The notes: a model not told the origin generated them from the sequence alone. Shown: positions 40,365-50,282, numbered from the stretch's first letter. The stretch: 64,000 nt of DNA from a bacterium (GCA_965213685.1 CBDBZY010000058.1:1-64000), one strand, 5' to 3'. Made by a program: numbers and translations.

Positions 40365-40868
40365 TCAGTCGTAGGTACCTTCCATATCCATCTTCCGGTA
40401 GGCGCTGCCGTAAAAAAGAAGCGGAGCGCGCACCCCCTCCTCCAACAGCACGCGGGTCACGCACCCCACGACGATGGTGTGGTCTCCGCCCGGAAGCTTC
40501 TCGTGCAGGTCGCACTCCAAGGCGCCCACGTGCCCCGTGAGCAGGGGGGAGCCGTTCTCGCCGATTTCATGCGCTATATCCGCGAACTGATCCTCCGCGT
40601 CCCGGCCCTTGCCCGCGAACCAGTCCGAGGCGCTCTTCTGCTCCTCGGACAAAAAATTGATGGCGAACTTCCGCGCCTTCTGAACGACTTTCAGGCTCGA
40701 CGCCTCGTTCGCGTAGCAGACCAGGACGAGCGGGGGGTCGAGGGAGAGAGAAGAAAAGGCGTTCGCCGTCATGCCGCGGGCCCCGGTCTCCGTTCTCGCG
40801 GTGACGACGGTGACGCCGGTGGCGAACCTGCCCAGGGCGGTTCTGAACTCTTTCGGGTCGATGCGCAT
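40365..40868 (-). CDS. Flavin reductase family protein
   Basis: FRTALGRFATGVTVVT, GMTANAFSSLSLDPPLV, GGDHTIVVG. Confidence 0.92.
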   Translation of the reverse strand: MRIDPKEFRTALGRFATGVTVVTARTETGARGMTANAFSSLSLDPPLVLVCYANEASSLKVVQKARKFAINFLSEEQKSASDWFAGKGRDAEDQFADIAHEIGENGSPLLTGHVGALECDLHEKLPGGDHTIVVGCVTRVLLEEGVRAPLLFYGSAYRKMDMEGTYD

Positions 40869-40908
40869 GTGTTCCTTACCTCCCGGATGAACGCTGGGGA
40901 TTGTCCCG

Positions 40909-41964
40909 CTATCCGCGCCGCTCCCCCGCCTGCGCGACGGGCACCAGGAGCACCTTCAGCCCGACGCCTCGCCTCATGATGTCGAAGCCGGCCTCCCAGT
41001 CCTGGAGCGACAACATATCAGAGATCATGGCCTCCGTGTCGATCCGGCCCGCCTCCATCCACCGGAGCGCCAGGCGCCAGGCGGAGCGCTTCTGGCCGAA
41101 CGTCCCGACCAGGCGCACCTCCTTATACGCCAGCTGGTTCGCATCGACGGCAACCGGCGCGCCGGGCAGGCCTATCTGCAGGATTTCGCCCCCCTTTCTC
41201 ACCGATTCGAGACAGACGCCGAGCGCGTCCGGGGCGCCCGCCGCCTCGACCGCCAAATCGACTCCCCAACCGCCGGTCGCCTCCCGAACCGCCTCGGCGA
41301 CGTCCTCCCGCTCGGCGTCCACCGTCCACTCCGCTCCAAGCGAGCGGGCAAGGGCGAGCCTGTGCGCGTCTTTCGCGGTTCCCGCCACCATCACGCGGGC
41401 GCCGCGGGCGACCGCCACCTGGGCGCATCCCAGGCCAATGGCGCCCGGGCCCATGATGAGGACGAGGTCTCCCTCGCGCACGCAGCACTGCTCGCACATG
41501 CCGTGCGCGCACACCGCCAGAGGCTCCGAGAGTGCGGCCGCCCTCAGGCTGACGCCATCCGGCAGGAGGTGAACCGACGCGGCCCGGGTCACCACATACT
41601 CGGCGAAGGCGCCGCCGCTCACCACCCCGGCGATGTCGCGCGCCTCGCATCGGTTGTAGCGGCCCGAGATGCAATGCGGACATACGCGGCACGTCGATTT
41701 CGTGGGCTCCGCCGTCACCCGCGCACCCGGCGGAATCCCCTCGACCCCCCGGCCGACTTCCACCACGCGGCCCGAGAACTCGTGGCCCAGCACCACCGGG
41801 GGGAAGTAGTGAAAAAAATCGCCCGCGGCAATGTGGACGTCCGTGCCGCAGATGCCCGCGTGGGCAACCCGGATTTTCACCTGCCCGGGGCCCGCCGAGG
41901 GCTCCTCCACGTCGAGAAGCGCCATGTTGCCAGGCCCCTTCGCCCGCTTCACCAAGGCCTTCAT
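40909..41964 (-). CDS. Zinc-dependent (MDR) alcohol/polyol dehydrogenase
   Basis: GICGTD, GHEFSG, structural-zinc CRVCPHC..C, GPGAIG. Confidence 0.9.
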   Translation of the reverse strand: MKALVKRAKGPGNMALLDVEEPSAGPGQVKIRVAHAGICGTDVHIAAGDFFHYFPPVVLGHEFSGRVVEVGRGVEGIPPGARVTAEPTKSTCRVCPHCISGRYNRCEARDIAGVVSGGAFAEYVVTRAASVHLLPDGVSLRAAALSEPLAVCAHGMCEQCCVREGDLVLIMGPGAIGLGCAQVAVARGARVMVAGTAKDAHRLALARSLGAEWTVDAEREDVAEAVREATGGWGVDLAVEAAGAPDALGVCLESVRKGGEILQIGLPGAPVAVDANQLAYKEVRLVGTFGQKRSAWRLALRWMEAGRIDTEAMISDMLSLQDWEAGFDIMRRGVGLKVLLVPVAQAGERRG

Positions 41965-41994
41965 GTTCGCCTCGCGCGCGAGTGAGTGAGAATA

Positions 41995-42708
41995 TCAAGC
42001 GTTGAGCACGGCTATCGCCCGAATCGGCGAGCCCGACCCGCCGCGAATCTTGAGCGGAAGCCCGATATACAGGAACTCCTTGCCCACCACCTCCTCGATG
42101 TTGCAGAGATTCTCCGTGTTGGTGCGGCCCAGCTCGCGGCAAACGAGGTGGCAAGGGTATTCCGGGCTGGTCGCCATGTCCATGCTCGGGGCGTCGGTGC
42201 CCACGTTGATGGCGCCACACTCGCCATACACATACTCGGCCGCGTCGCGCGTCCAGCCGGCGTAGGCCGTGGTGTACAGGGGGGTCGGGTGGTGACGCCG
42301 GAAATGCCCGTACGTGTAGAGGAGGGTGTCGCCCGGCCGTATCTCGTAGCCGTAGCGGTCCAGCCGCCTTTTCACGTCGTCCGCGTTGATGTAGCCGTTG
42401 TCCTCCACGTTCTCGAAATCAATCGCTATCCCCCGGCTGTAGAAGGAATCGAAGTTCATCTCGTCGATGTGCGGCGCGTCGGGCGAGGGGTCCAGATGGC
42501 TGATGGAGTCCACATGCGTCGGCCCGTGCTCACAGAGCTGGACGATGCCGGAGTAATAGCTCATCTCGCTCTGGAAGCGGCCGCTGGCGGCGCTCTCCTC
42601 GTGCGTCATGTTCGTCCATCGCCAGGTTTCGGGATGCCCCACGAACACCGGCTGCCCTTGGTAGATTTCCTGCGTCAGATCCACAATCTCATGATTCTTG
42701 TACGACAT
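41995..42708 (-). CDS. Cyclase / kynurenine formamidase family metal hydrolase
   Basis: IVDLTQEI, EHGPTHVD (HxxTHxD), VGTDAPSMD, ENL, LPLKIRGGSGSPIRAIA; GGAG RBS. Confidence 0.9.
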   Translation of the reverse strand: MSYKNHEIVDLTQEIYQGQPVFVGHPETWRWTNMTHEESAASGRFQSEMSYYSGIVQLCEHGPTHVDSISHLDPSPDAPHIDEMNFDSFYSRGIAIDFENVEDNGYINADDVKRRLDRYGYEIRPGDTLLYTYGHFRRHHPTPLYTTAYAGWTRDAAEYVYGECGAINVGTDAPSMDMATSPEYPCHLVCRELGRTNTENLCNIEEVVGKEFLYIGLPLKIRGGSGSPIRAIAVLNA

Positions 42709-42874
42709 GGCGACTCTCCTTCGACCTGTTCGCTGTGATGAGTGAACCATCCTGCCATTCCCGACGCCCCGCCGACGGGCCACACCCCCCGGATCCGCAC
42801 GGAGAGCCGGTGAAATCCCTTCGCTCCCATCCGGCTTTCGGCAACGCGATGTCGTGGGTTTGGAACGCCCGTTG

Positions 42875-42903
42875 ATAGTAAGATTGCCCCGAACCCTTGT
42901 CAA
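42875..42903 (-). promoter_or_regulatory. sigma70-type promoter for the cyclase operon
   Basis: Minus strand TTGACA (42903-42898), 17 nt, TACTAT (42880-42875). Confidence 0.65.
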
Positions 42904-42980
42904 CGGAGCGCCCCGGCGGGGGCGCACGCATCCGGACCGGACGCGCGAGGCGACGAATAGAAAAAGGGGGGGAGCCGGAA

Positions 42981-43010
42981 TTGACACGGCAAAGCCCCCC
43001 TCCGTACCAT
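42981..43010 (+). promoter_or_regulatory. sigma70-type promoter for the mocA-adh-hpt unit
   Basis: TTGACA (42981-42986), 18 nt, TACCAT (43005-43010). Confidence 0.6.
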
Positions 43011-43050
43011 GCGCGGCGGGGAGGGCTCCTCTTTCATGGAGAGCGCCAGG

Positions 43051-43686
43051 ATGGCGGATTCGCGCCGCGTCACGGCGATACTGCTCGCAGCCGGCCTCTC
43101 GAAGCGCATGGGGCGGAACAAGCTCCTGCTTCCCCTGGGGGATGAGACCGTCATCCGAAAAACGGCGCGCGCCCTGTGCGACAGCGCGGCCTCGGAGATC
43201 ATCCTCGTCACGGGCCAGGCGGAGGAAATGATGCGGGAAGCCCTGCGGGGACTCGACCTGCGCGTCGCGCACAATCCCCGTTACGCCGAGGGGCAGAGCA
43301 CGAGCATGGTCGCCGGCCTCCGCGCGGCGGCGGAAACCGCCGACGCCTACCTGTTCGTTCTGGGGGATCAACCGCTGCTCACCCCCCGAATCGTGGACGA
43401 CATGATATCGCTCTACGACACGTCCCGGCCGGACGCGCTGGTCGTGGCACCACGCTTCGGGGGCAGGCGCGGAAACCCCACCCTGTTCTCCGCCGCCCTG
43501 AAGGACGAACTGCTGCGGACGAGCGGGGATGAGGGGGGGAGGCGCATCATCCGGAGGCTGGAGGCGGAATCTCCCGGGAAACTCGTTTTTCTCGACTTGC
43601 CCGATGATGATATGTTTCTGGACGTCGACACGGAGAAAGACTACGAATTCGTGCGTCGGAAGTTCCCCGCCCCTCCCATCGGGTAG
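43051..43686 (+). CDS. mocA: MocA/MobA-like nucleotidyltransferase (molybdenum cofactor cytidylyltransferase-like)
   Basis: LLAAGLSKRMGRNKLLL, GQSTS, LGDQP, GNPTLF, GDEGGR, DVDT. Confidence 0.82.
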   Translation: MADSRRVTAILLAAGLSKRMGRNKLLLPLGDETVIRKTARALCDSAASEIILVTGQAEEMMREALRGLDLRVAHNPRYAEGQSTSMVAGLRAAAETADAYLFVLGDQPLLTPRIVDDMISLYDTSRPDALVVAPRFGGRRGNPTLFSAALKDELLRTSGDEGGRRIIRRLEAESPGKLVFLDLPDDDMFLDVDTEKDYEFVRRKFPAPPIG

Positions 43687-43701
43687 CGAAGGAGCACCTC
43701 C

Positions 43702-44859
43702 ATGATCAAAGCGTTTCAAATCGCATCCGGCCCGCGCGTTCGCTTCGGCCGCGGCGAGACCGCCCACATCGGGGAGGAGGCGAGGAATGCGGGGCTCTCC
43801 AGGCCCATGCTCGTCACGGACGCGGGCCTCGCCTCGAGCGGAGCACTCGATTCCCTCATGGAGGCGCTTCAGGGCGCATCGGTCGATTACCGGTTCTACG
43901 ATCAGGCGGAGGCGAACCCGACGGACGCCAGCATCATCAGCGCCCGCGACTTTTTTCGTCAGCACGGGTGCGACGGCTTCATCGCCGCGGGCGGCGGGAG
44001 CAGCATGGACACCGCCAAGGCGACTCTGGCCATCACCGCGAACGGAGGCGTGCCGAGCGATTACTATGGCCGGGGGAAGGCCACGAAGCCCGGCCCGCCG
44101 CTCATCACGGTTCCCACCACGGCCGGCACGGGCAGCGAGGTAACCTCGAGTGCCATCGTCACGGACACGACGCGGAAGATCAAGACCGTCCTGGCCGACC
44201 CCTCGCTGTTCGCGCAGCTCGCCATCGTGGACTCCGGCCTGCTGGCCAAACTCCCCTCCCACATCGCGGCGGGGGCGATGATGGACGCCCTCACCCACGC
44301 GATAGAATCCGTCGGCTCCCCCAACTCCAATCCCTGGACGGAAGCCCTGGCGTTCCGGGCCATCGCCTGCATCGGCGACTTCGGCAGGGCGTATGTGGAT
44401 GACCCGTCGAACCCGGAGGCGGCCGACGCCGTCTCGCTCGCCGCCATGCTCGCGGGGCGCGCCTTCACCAACACGGGACTGGGCATCGTGCATTCGCTCG
44501 CGCACCCGCTGGGCGCCTACCACGGGACGCACCACGGCACGGCGAACGGCATCTTCTTGCCGCCCGTCATGGAATTCAACCTCCCCGTCATGCGGGAGTC
44601 CTACGCGCGCATGGCCCCCCTGCTGGCTCCTCCCGAGAACAGGGACGGCGCGGCGCGGACGGCGGAGGCGGCGATAGAGGCCATCCGCGCCCTCAACCGC
44701 GACATCGGCATTCCGCGCACCCTCCGCGAGGCGGACGTCGTGAACGAAAACCTCGACGTCATGGCGCAAGACGCGGCGGAGAGCCACCAGGTACACACCA
44801 ACCCGGTTCCCGCCAACCAGCAGGACATGAAGCGCCTGCTGCTGGCGACGCTGGAGTAG
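43702..44859 (+). CDS. Iron-containing alcohol dehydrogenase
   Basis: GGGSSMDTAK, VPTTAGTGSE, DALTHAIE, HSLAH..HHG. Confidence 0.92.
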   Translation: MIKAFQIASGPRVRFGRGETAHIGEEARNAGLSRPMLVTDAGLASSGALDSLMEALQGASVDYRFYDQAEANPTDASIISARDFFRQHGCDGFIAAGGGSSMDTAKATLAITANGGVPSDYYGRGKATKPGPPLITVPTTAGTGSEVTSSAIVTDTTRKIKTVLADPSLFAQLAIVDSGLLAKLPSHIAAGAMMDALTHAIESVGSPNSNPWTEALAFRAIACIGDFGRAYVDDPSNPEAADAVSLAAMLAGRAFTNTGLGIVHSLAHPLGAYHGTHHGTANGIFLPPVMEFNLPVMRESYARMAPLLAPPENRDGAARTAEAAIEAIRALNRDIGIPRTLREADVVNENLDVMAQDAAESHQVHTNPVPANQQDMKRLLLATLE

Positions 44860-44970
44860 TCCCCATGCCCGCCGGCGAGATATTGATGCTGGATGACCAC
44901 GCGGACACCAACGGGGTGCCGCCGAAGGCGACGCTGGAGTAGGCCCCATGCCCGCCGGAGAGATATTGAT
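44844..44970. repeat. 44-nt direct duplication of the adh-stop/hpt-start junction
   Basis: GGCGACGCTGGAGTAG(T/G)CCCCATGCCCGCCGG(C/A)GAGATATTGAT at 44844-44887 and 44927-44970 (42/44). Confidence 0.92.
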
Positions 44971-45469
44971 ACCCCAGGCGGACATCCGGAGGCGCCTGCC
45001 GGCGCTTGCCGCCGAAATCAACGCGGGCCTTCCGGCGGGGCCGGTTCACGTCGTCATCATACTCAAAGGCGCCGTTTTCTTCGGGGTCGATCTGGCCCGC
45101 GCCCTGGGGCGCGAAACGACGCTCGGCTTCCTCGCGGCCGCCAGCTACGGCAATGGCACCCGGAGGGAGGGACACGCGGAAATCGACCTGAAATACCTCG
45201 ACGAAATCGCGGGTCGGAACGTGCTGCTCATTGACGACATTCTCGATACGGGACATACGCTCTCCAGGACGCTCGCCCTTCTGGAGGAAAGAAACCCCGC
45301 CTCGATCCGGACGTGCGTCTTGCTGGACAAGCCCGCCAGAAGAGAGTTGGAGATACAGGCGGATCACGTCGGGTTCGTGATCGAAAACCGTTTCGTCGTC
45401 GGATACGGCCTGGACTGCGGGCAGGCCTACCGCACCCTGCCCGACATCCGAGCCTACGCGCCCGAATGA
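44948..45469 (+). CDS. hpt: Hypoxanthine phosphoribosyltransferase
   Basis: ILKGAVFF, SYG, VLLIDDILDTGHTL PRPP motif, LLDKP, FVVGYGLD..YRTLP. Confidence 0.88.
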   Translation: MPAGEILIPQADIRRRLPALAAEINAGLPAGPVHVVIILKGAVFFGVDLARALGRETTLGFLAAASYGNGTRREGHAEIDLKYLDEIAGRNVLLIDDILDTGHTLSRTLALLEERNPASIRTCVLLDKPARRELEIQADHVGFVIENRFVVGYGLDCGQAYRTLPDIRAYAPE

Positions 45470-45584
45470 AGCGGCAGCCCGGGCGCGCTTTTTGATCGGG
45501 GGGCACGGGGACTTCGCGCCGTCGGCACAGCGGGCGGCGATGCGGAGGGGGACGCGCCCCTCCGCCCATGGAGGAGCGGCGTTC

Positions 45585-46691
45585 ATGCCGATTCAGGAGA
45601 TGCGCGTTTGGGATACCGCGACGCGAGTCGCCCAGCAATCCAGAAACCGCTACGGGGGCGCCTCCATCGTGGAGCGGGTCGTGGTTCGCCTCACGAACGA
45701 CGATGGTGCGGAGGGCTGGGGCGAGGCGGCGCCACTGATGCACTTCACCCGGGAGACCGGAGCCGCGATGGCGGCCAAACTCCGCGAGGCCGTCCCCCGG
45801 ATACGGGGAAAGGAGGCGGACGCGCTGCGCGCCGCACTCGATGAAGTCGCGGATTTCGGCGGCATGGGCGCCGCCCGCACCGCTCTGGAGATCGCCGCCA
45901 TCGACCTGGACGCCAAAATCCGCAAGACGTCGTTCGCGCAAGCGTTCGGAGGGGAGAGGAGAAGCGCCGTCGCCCTCGACGGCGCCATCGGCCTTCTTCC
46001 GAACGAGGAGGCCCTCCAGAAGGCGGAGGCGCTCCTCGCGCAAGGCGTGCGGACCCTCAAGGTGAAATCGGGCGCCGACGCGGAGGCGGACGCCGATCGC
46101 ATCCTGAGGCTGCGCGAGAGATTCGGCCCGCAGGTCCAGCTGAGAACGGACGCGAACGGGGGGTTCTCGCCCGAGGAGGCGCTTCGCTTCACGGACAAGA
46201 TGCTCCGGGCGGGGCTCGAGCATTTCGAGCAGCCGGTGCTCCCCGCGGAGGAGAAATGCCTGGACGTCTTTCGGGAGATACGCGCCCGGGGGATGCAGGT
46301 CGCCGTGGATGAATCCCTGTTCTCCATCGAGGACGCGCACCGCCTCGTGGATGCGGAGGCCGCCGACGTCGCGCTCATCAAGCTCTCGAAATTCGGCGGT
46401 CCCACGAACGCCTGGAACGCGGCGCGGGTTTTTGACGCCGCCGGCAAGATCGCCCTCCTGAGCTCCCCCTATGAGTCCTTCATCGCCAAATCGGCGGGCT
46501 TCGCCCTCGCCCTCTCCCTGGAGAATGTGGACAGAGCCCACGAACTCGCCCACTTCCTGGATGAGGAGCCATACGCCGAGTGGCGCCACGCCATCTCCGG
46601 AGGCGCCTTCACGCGGGCAGACGCACACGGACACGGGGCGGCGGGCATCCCCGCCCGCATCGAGAAGATAGCCAGGACGCAGCCAGACTGA
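45585..46691 (+). CDS. Enolase superfamily enzyme, muconate-lactonising-enzyme subgroup
   Basis: GWGEA, KVK (KxK), DAN, EQP, DES, second Lys (IKLSKFGG); GGAGGAG RBS. Confidence 0.85.
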   Translation: MPIQEMRVWDTATRVAQQSRNRYGGASIVERVVVRLTNDDGAEGWGEAAPLMHFTRETGAAMAAKLREAVPRIRGKEADALRAALDEVADFGGMGAARTALEIAAIDLDAKIRKTSFAQAFGGERRSAVALDGAIGLLPNEEALQKAEALLAQGVRTLKVKSGADAEADADRILRLRERFGPQVQLRTDANGGFSPEEALRFTDKMLRAGLEHFEQPVLPAEEKCLDVFREIRARGMQVAVDESLFSIEDAHRLVDAEAADVALIKLSKFGGPTNAWNAARVFDAAGKIALLSSPYESFIAKSAGFALALSLENVDRAHELAHFLDEEPYAEWRHAISGGAFTRADAHGHGAAGIPARIEKIARTQPD

Positions 46692-46740
46692 GAACGACGG
46701 GCAAGCTTTTTTCCGCCGAGGAGAGAGGAGAAGAAACGGG

Positions 46741-47655
46741 ATGCGCCTCCCCGCGCAGGTACACATCGTCGAGGTGGGCACGAGAGACGGCCTCCAGAAC
46801 GAAAAGCGGTACGTTTCGCCCGAGGAGAAGATTCGGCTTCTGGACGCCATCACCGACGCCGGCGTGCGCCGCATCGAGGCGACGAGCTTCGTCAGCCCCA
46901 GACACGTCCCCCAGCTACGAGACGCCCGGGAGGTGCTCGCCGGCTGCAAGCGCAGGCCGGAGGCGGAGTATGAGGCGCTGGTCCCCAACGTTCGCGGGAT
47001 GGAGCGCGCCCTGGAGTGCGCGGTGGACCGCGTCATCCTGTTCGTCGCCGCCAGCGAGACGTTCAACCAGAAAAACATGCGGGCGAGCCGAAAGAAAATG
47101 CTCGAGGCGGCCCGCGAAGTCGCCCGTATGGCTGCCGGAGCGAACCGAAAGCTCAGGGGCGGGCTCGTCGCCGCGTTCGGCTGCCCGTATGAGGGGCGCA
47201 TCTCCTACGAGGACGTCGAATGGGTGGTCGGCGAATACGTGGACATGGGCTGCGATGAAATCGCCCTCGCCGACACCGTGGGCATGACAAATCCGGCGGA
47301 GGTAAAACGGCTCGTCCATCACATGCGCCGCCGCTTCCCCTCCGTTCGCTACGCCCTCCACCTCCACAACACGCGAGGCGCCGGCCTGGCCAACCTCGTG
47401 GCGGGCCTGGAGGCCGGTGTCGACACGTTCGACACGTCCATCGGCGGTTTGGGCGGTTGCCCCTTCGCCCCTCGTGCCACCGGCAACATCGCGAGCGAGG
47501 ACACCATCAACATGCTGCACGAGATGGGGGTGGAAACCGGGGTCGACCTCCCCCGGCTGCTCGAGGCCGTCGCCTGCGCGGAAAAAATTCTGAATCGCCA
47601 GCTGCCGGGTCAACTCCTCCACGCCGGAATCCCCGGGTGGGAGCCGCCGCGCTGA
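46741..47655 (+). CDS. Hydroxymethylglutaryl-CoA lyase family protein
   Basis: EVGTRDGLQNE, ADTVG, HLHNTRG, GLGGCPFAP..GN. Confidence 0.9.
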   Translation: MRLPAQVHIVEVGTRDGLQNEKRYVSPEEKIRLLDAITDAGVRRIEATSFVSPRHVPQLRDAREVLAGCKRRPEAEYEALVPNVRGMERALECAVDRVILFVAASETFNQKNMRASRKKMLEAAREVARMAAGANRKLRGGLVAAFGCPYEGRISYEDVEWVVGEYVDMGCDEIALADTVGMTNPAEVKRLVHHMRRRFPSVRYALHLHNTRGAGLANLVAGLEAGVDTFDTSIGGLGGCPFAPRATGNIASEDTINMLHEMGVETGVDLPRLLEAVACAEKILNRQLPGQLLHAGIPGWEPPR

Positions 47656-47866
47656 GGCGCCCGGGCCGGTGGCTGCCCCTCCTCCCGCGCAAGGCGCCCG
47701 CCCGCCCGCGTAACTCCCCTCTGCGCGCAGCGCGGCGGCCCATCCTGCCTCCCTCCCCGCCGACGTCGACCGGAAGGGCGAGCGACGAGAGACGGGTCGC
47801 GTTCATCGGGGAGAAAAACTTCTCCCCCGGGTTCGGGAAAATCCTTGACTTTGGCGCCGGGAATTG

Positions 47867-47885
47867 ATTGTATGCAATATACATT
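47867..47885. promoter_or_regulatory. AT-rich palindrome, probable GntR-family operator
   Basis: TGTAT-GCAAT-ATACA (47869-47883) just upstream of the RBS of the decarboxylase operon; TTGACT at 47845-47850. Confidence 0.55.
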
Positions 47886-47899
47886 TGGGGAGACACCCA

Positions 47900-49462
47900 T
47901 TGCCGCAGCAGCCGGGCCAGAAAAACCCGATAGATGAAATGAAGGAGCTTGCCGCCAGCGCCCGCGCGCTGGGGGGGGAGGCGGCGAAAGAGCGCCAGCG
48001 CAAGCAGGGGAAATTGACCGCCAGGGAGCGGATTCAACTCCTGCTCGACCCGGGCACCTTCTCGGAGATCAACCTTTTCGTCGAAACGCGCGCGTCGGAT
48101 TTCGGGATGGCCGCCAGGCGCGCGCCGGGGGATGGCGTCATCACCGGCAGCGGGCGCGTGAACGGCCAGCTCGCGTTCGTAGCCGCGCAGGACTTCGGCA
48201 CCCTCGGCGGCTCCCTCGGAGAGATGCACGCGGAGAAGATCGTCCGGGTACAAGAGCTCGCCATGAAGGCCGGCGCGCCCATCGTCACCATCCTCGACTC
48301 CGGCGGGGCGCGCATACAGGAGGGCGTCCTCGCGCTTCACGGCTACGCGCGCATCTTCCAGCGCAACACGCACGCATCGGGCGTCATCCCGCAAATTTCC
48401 GTCATCCTGGGCCCTTGTGCCGGCGGGGCGGTCTACTCGCCCGCCCTCACGGATTTCGTCTTCATGGTCGATGGCCTGAGCAAGATGTTCATCACGGGGC
48501 CGGACGTCGTCAAGGCCGTCACGGGAGAAGACGTGTCCGTGGAGGAGCTGGGCGGCGGCGCGGTCCACAGCGCGACGAGCGGAAACGCGCATTTCCTCGC
48601 CAAAGACGAGCGCCAATGCTTCGGGATGGTGAAGAAGCTGCTCTCTTTTCTGCCCTCGAACAACCTCGACGACCCTCCCCTGTCCGACGCGCCGCCGTGG
48701 CCGCCCGATGAGAACCCCGATCTGGACGGGGTCGTCCCGTCCGACGCGACGCGCGCCTACGACGTTCGGGACCTGGTGGCCAACGTCTTCGACGCGGGGG
48801 ATTTCCTCGAGGTGCAACCGGACTTCGCCAGGAACATCGTCGTCGGATTCGCCCGCCTGGGCGGGAAGCCCGTCGGCGTCGTGGGGAACCAGCCCGCGCA
48901 CCTCGCCGGCGTCCTGGACATCGACAGCTCGGACAAGCTCGCCCGCTTCGTGCGCTTCTGCGACGCCTTCCACCTCCCCGTCATCAACTTCGTGGACGTC
49001 CCCGGCTATCTGCCCGGCACCCAGCAGGAATACGGAGGCGTCATTCGCCACGGCGCCAAGGTGCTCTTCGCCTACAGCGAGGCGAGCGTGCCGAAAATCG
49101 CGCTCATCGTCCGCAAGAGCTACGGCGGGGCCTACGTCGCCATGAGCGGATTCGGCCTGGGATACGACCGCGTCCTCGCCTATCCGTTCGCCGAGATCGC
49201 CGTGATGGGCCCCGATGGCGCCGCCAACATCATCTTCCGGCGCGAAATCAGCGAAGCCCGAGACCCGCAAAGGATGCGCCAGGAGAAAATAGAGGAATAC
49301 CGAAGCCGCTTCGCCACGCCCTATGCGGCCGCCAGGCTCGGGCTCGTGGACGACGTCATCGAGCCGCGCCACACGCGGGGCGCGCTCATCCGCGCCCTGG
49401 AGATGACGGCGCGCAAGCGCGAGGACAGGCCGCGGAAAAAGCACGGCAACATTCCGCTGTAA
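47900..49462 (+). CDS. mmdA: Acyl-CoA carboxyltransferase (methylmalonyl-CoA decarboxylase alpha / PccB family)
   Basis: GKLTARERI, DGVITG, DSGGARIQEG, GPCAGGAVYSPALTDF, DVPGYLPG..QE, KKHGNIPL; TTG start after GGGGAG. Confidence 0.85.
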   Translation: MPQQPGQKNPIDEMKELAASARALGGEAAKERQRKQGKLTARERIQLLLDPGTFSEINLFVETRASDFGMAARRAPGDGVITGSGRVNGQLAFVAAQDFGTLGGSLGEMHAEKIVRVQELAMKAGAPIVTILDSGGARIQEGVLALHGYARIFQRNTHASGVIPQISVILGPCAGGAVYSPALTDFVFMVDGLSKMFITGPDVVKAVTGEDVSVEELGGGAVHSATSGNAHFLAKDERQCFGMVKKLLSFLPSNNLDDPPLSDAPPWPPDENPDLDGVVPSDATRAYDVRDLVANVFDAGDFLEVQPDFARNIVVGFARLGGKPVGVVGNQPAHLAGVLDIDSSDKLARFVRFCDAFHLPVINFVDVPGYLPGTQQEYGGVIRHGAKVLFAYSEASVPKIALIVRKSYGGAYVAMSGFGLGYDRVLAYPFAEIAVMGPDGAANIIFRREISEARDPQRMRQEKIEEYRSRFATPYAAARLGLVDDVIEPRHTRGALIRALEMTARKREDRPRKKHGNIPL

Positions 49463-49477
49463 GGCGAGGATTTTCCG

Positions 49478-49798
49478 GTGGATGCATTCGCACCCGGCAT
49501 TTTGCTGACCATCCTGGGCATGGGCGTCGTCTTCAGCTCCCTCCTCGTCCTGATGGCGGTCATCCATCTCCTGGAAAGAGCCCTGGGCACCGGGCGGCCA
49601 CAGGAGAACGCGGCGCAGGAACGGACGGAGCGCCCGCCGGAGGAGGAAGACCTCGCCATCGTTCTCGCGGCCGCCGCCGGGCACTTCCTGGAGACGGAGG
49701 GCGCCGAGACGCGCATTCCGCAGGTGCGCCGCGGCCAGCACTCCGTCTGGGCGCGAACCGCCCGCCTGGGCCGCCTCGGCCAGCGGGTGCGGCGTTGA
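49478..49798 (+). CDS. mmdD: OadG/MmdD-family membrane subunit of Na+-translocating decarboxylase
   Basis: TILGMGVVFSSLLVL TM, EEDLAIVLAAA, C-terminal SVWARTAR. Confidence 0.82.
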   Translation: MDAFAPGILLTILGMGVVFSSLLVLMAVIHLLERALGTGRPQENAAQERTERPPEEEDLAIVLAAAAGHFLETEGAETRIPQVRRGQHSVWARTARLGRLGQRVRR

Positions 49799-49868
49799 GG
49801 AACTCTCAGGGGCCCGCGGTTTCGCCGGCCCCCGGGGCCCGGGCGGACGCGGACCAGCGGAGGCGGCG

Positions 49869-50282
49869 TTGAGAGATTTTCATCTGACCATCAACGGAAA
49901 GCGCTACGCGGTGCGCGCCGGGCGCGACCCTGACTCGAACGATCTCCTCATCACGATAGACGGGCGGACGCACCGCGTGCAGGTGGAAGAGGAGGAGACG
50001 GGCGCCTCCGCCGGCGTCCGCCCGCCCGCCGCCGCCGCAACGCCCAGGCCGCCGGTGCGCGGCGGGGGCGGGGGAAAGATACTGGCCCCCCTGCCGGGGG
50101 TGGTCCTGTCCGTCGAGGCGGCACCTGGCGACGCGGCGCGCGCGGGAGACACCCTGATAGTCCTCGAGGCGATGAAGATGGAAAACGTGATCGCGGCGGA
50201 TTCGGACTGCGTCGTTCAGGCGGTGCACGTGCGACAAGGCGACAAGGTCGAAGCGTCCCAGCCGCTGATGGACGTTTCATGA
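49869..50282 (+). CDS. mmdC: Biotin carboxyl carrier subunit
   Basis: Ala/Pro linker, APLPG, EAMKMEN biotinylation motif. Confidence 0.9.
   Translation: MRDFHLTINGKRYAVRAGRDPDSNDLLITIDGRTHRVQVEEEETGASAGVRPPAAAATPRPPVRGGGGGKILAPLPGVVLSVEAAPGDAARAGDTLIVLEAMKMENVIAADSDCVVQAVHVRQGDKVEASQPLMDVS

Noticed and set aside
42709-43050. Moco or other known riboswitch next to mocA
   Set aside because: No consensus elements recognised by eye; the region is explained by two divergent promoters and a leader
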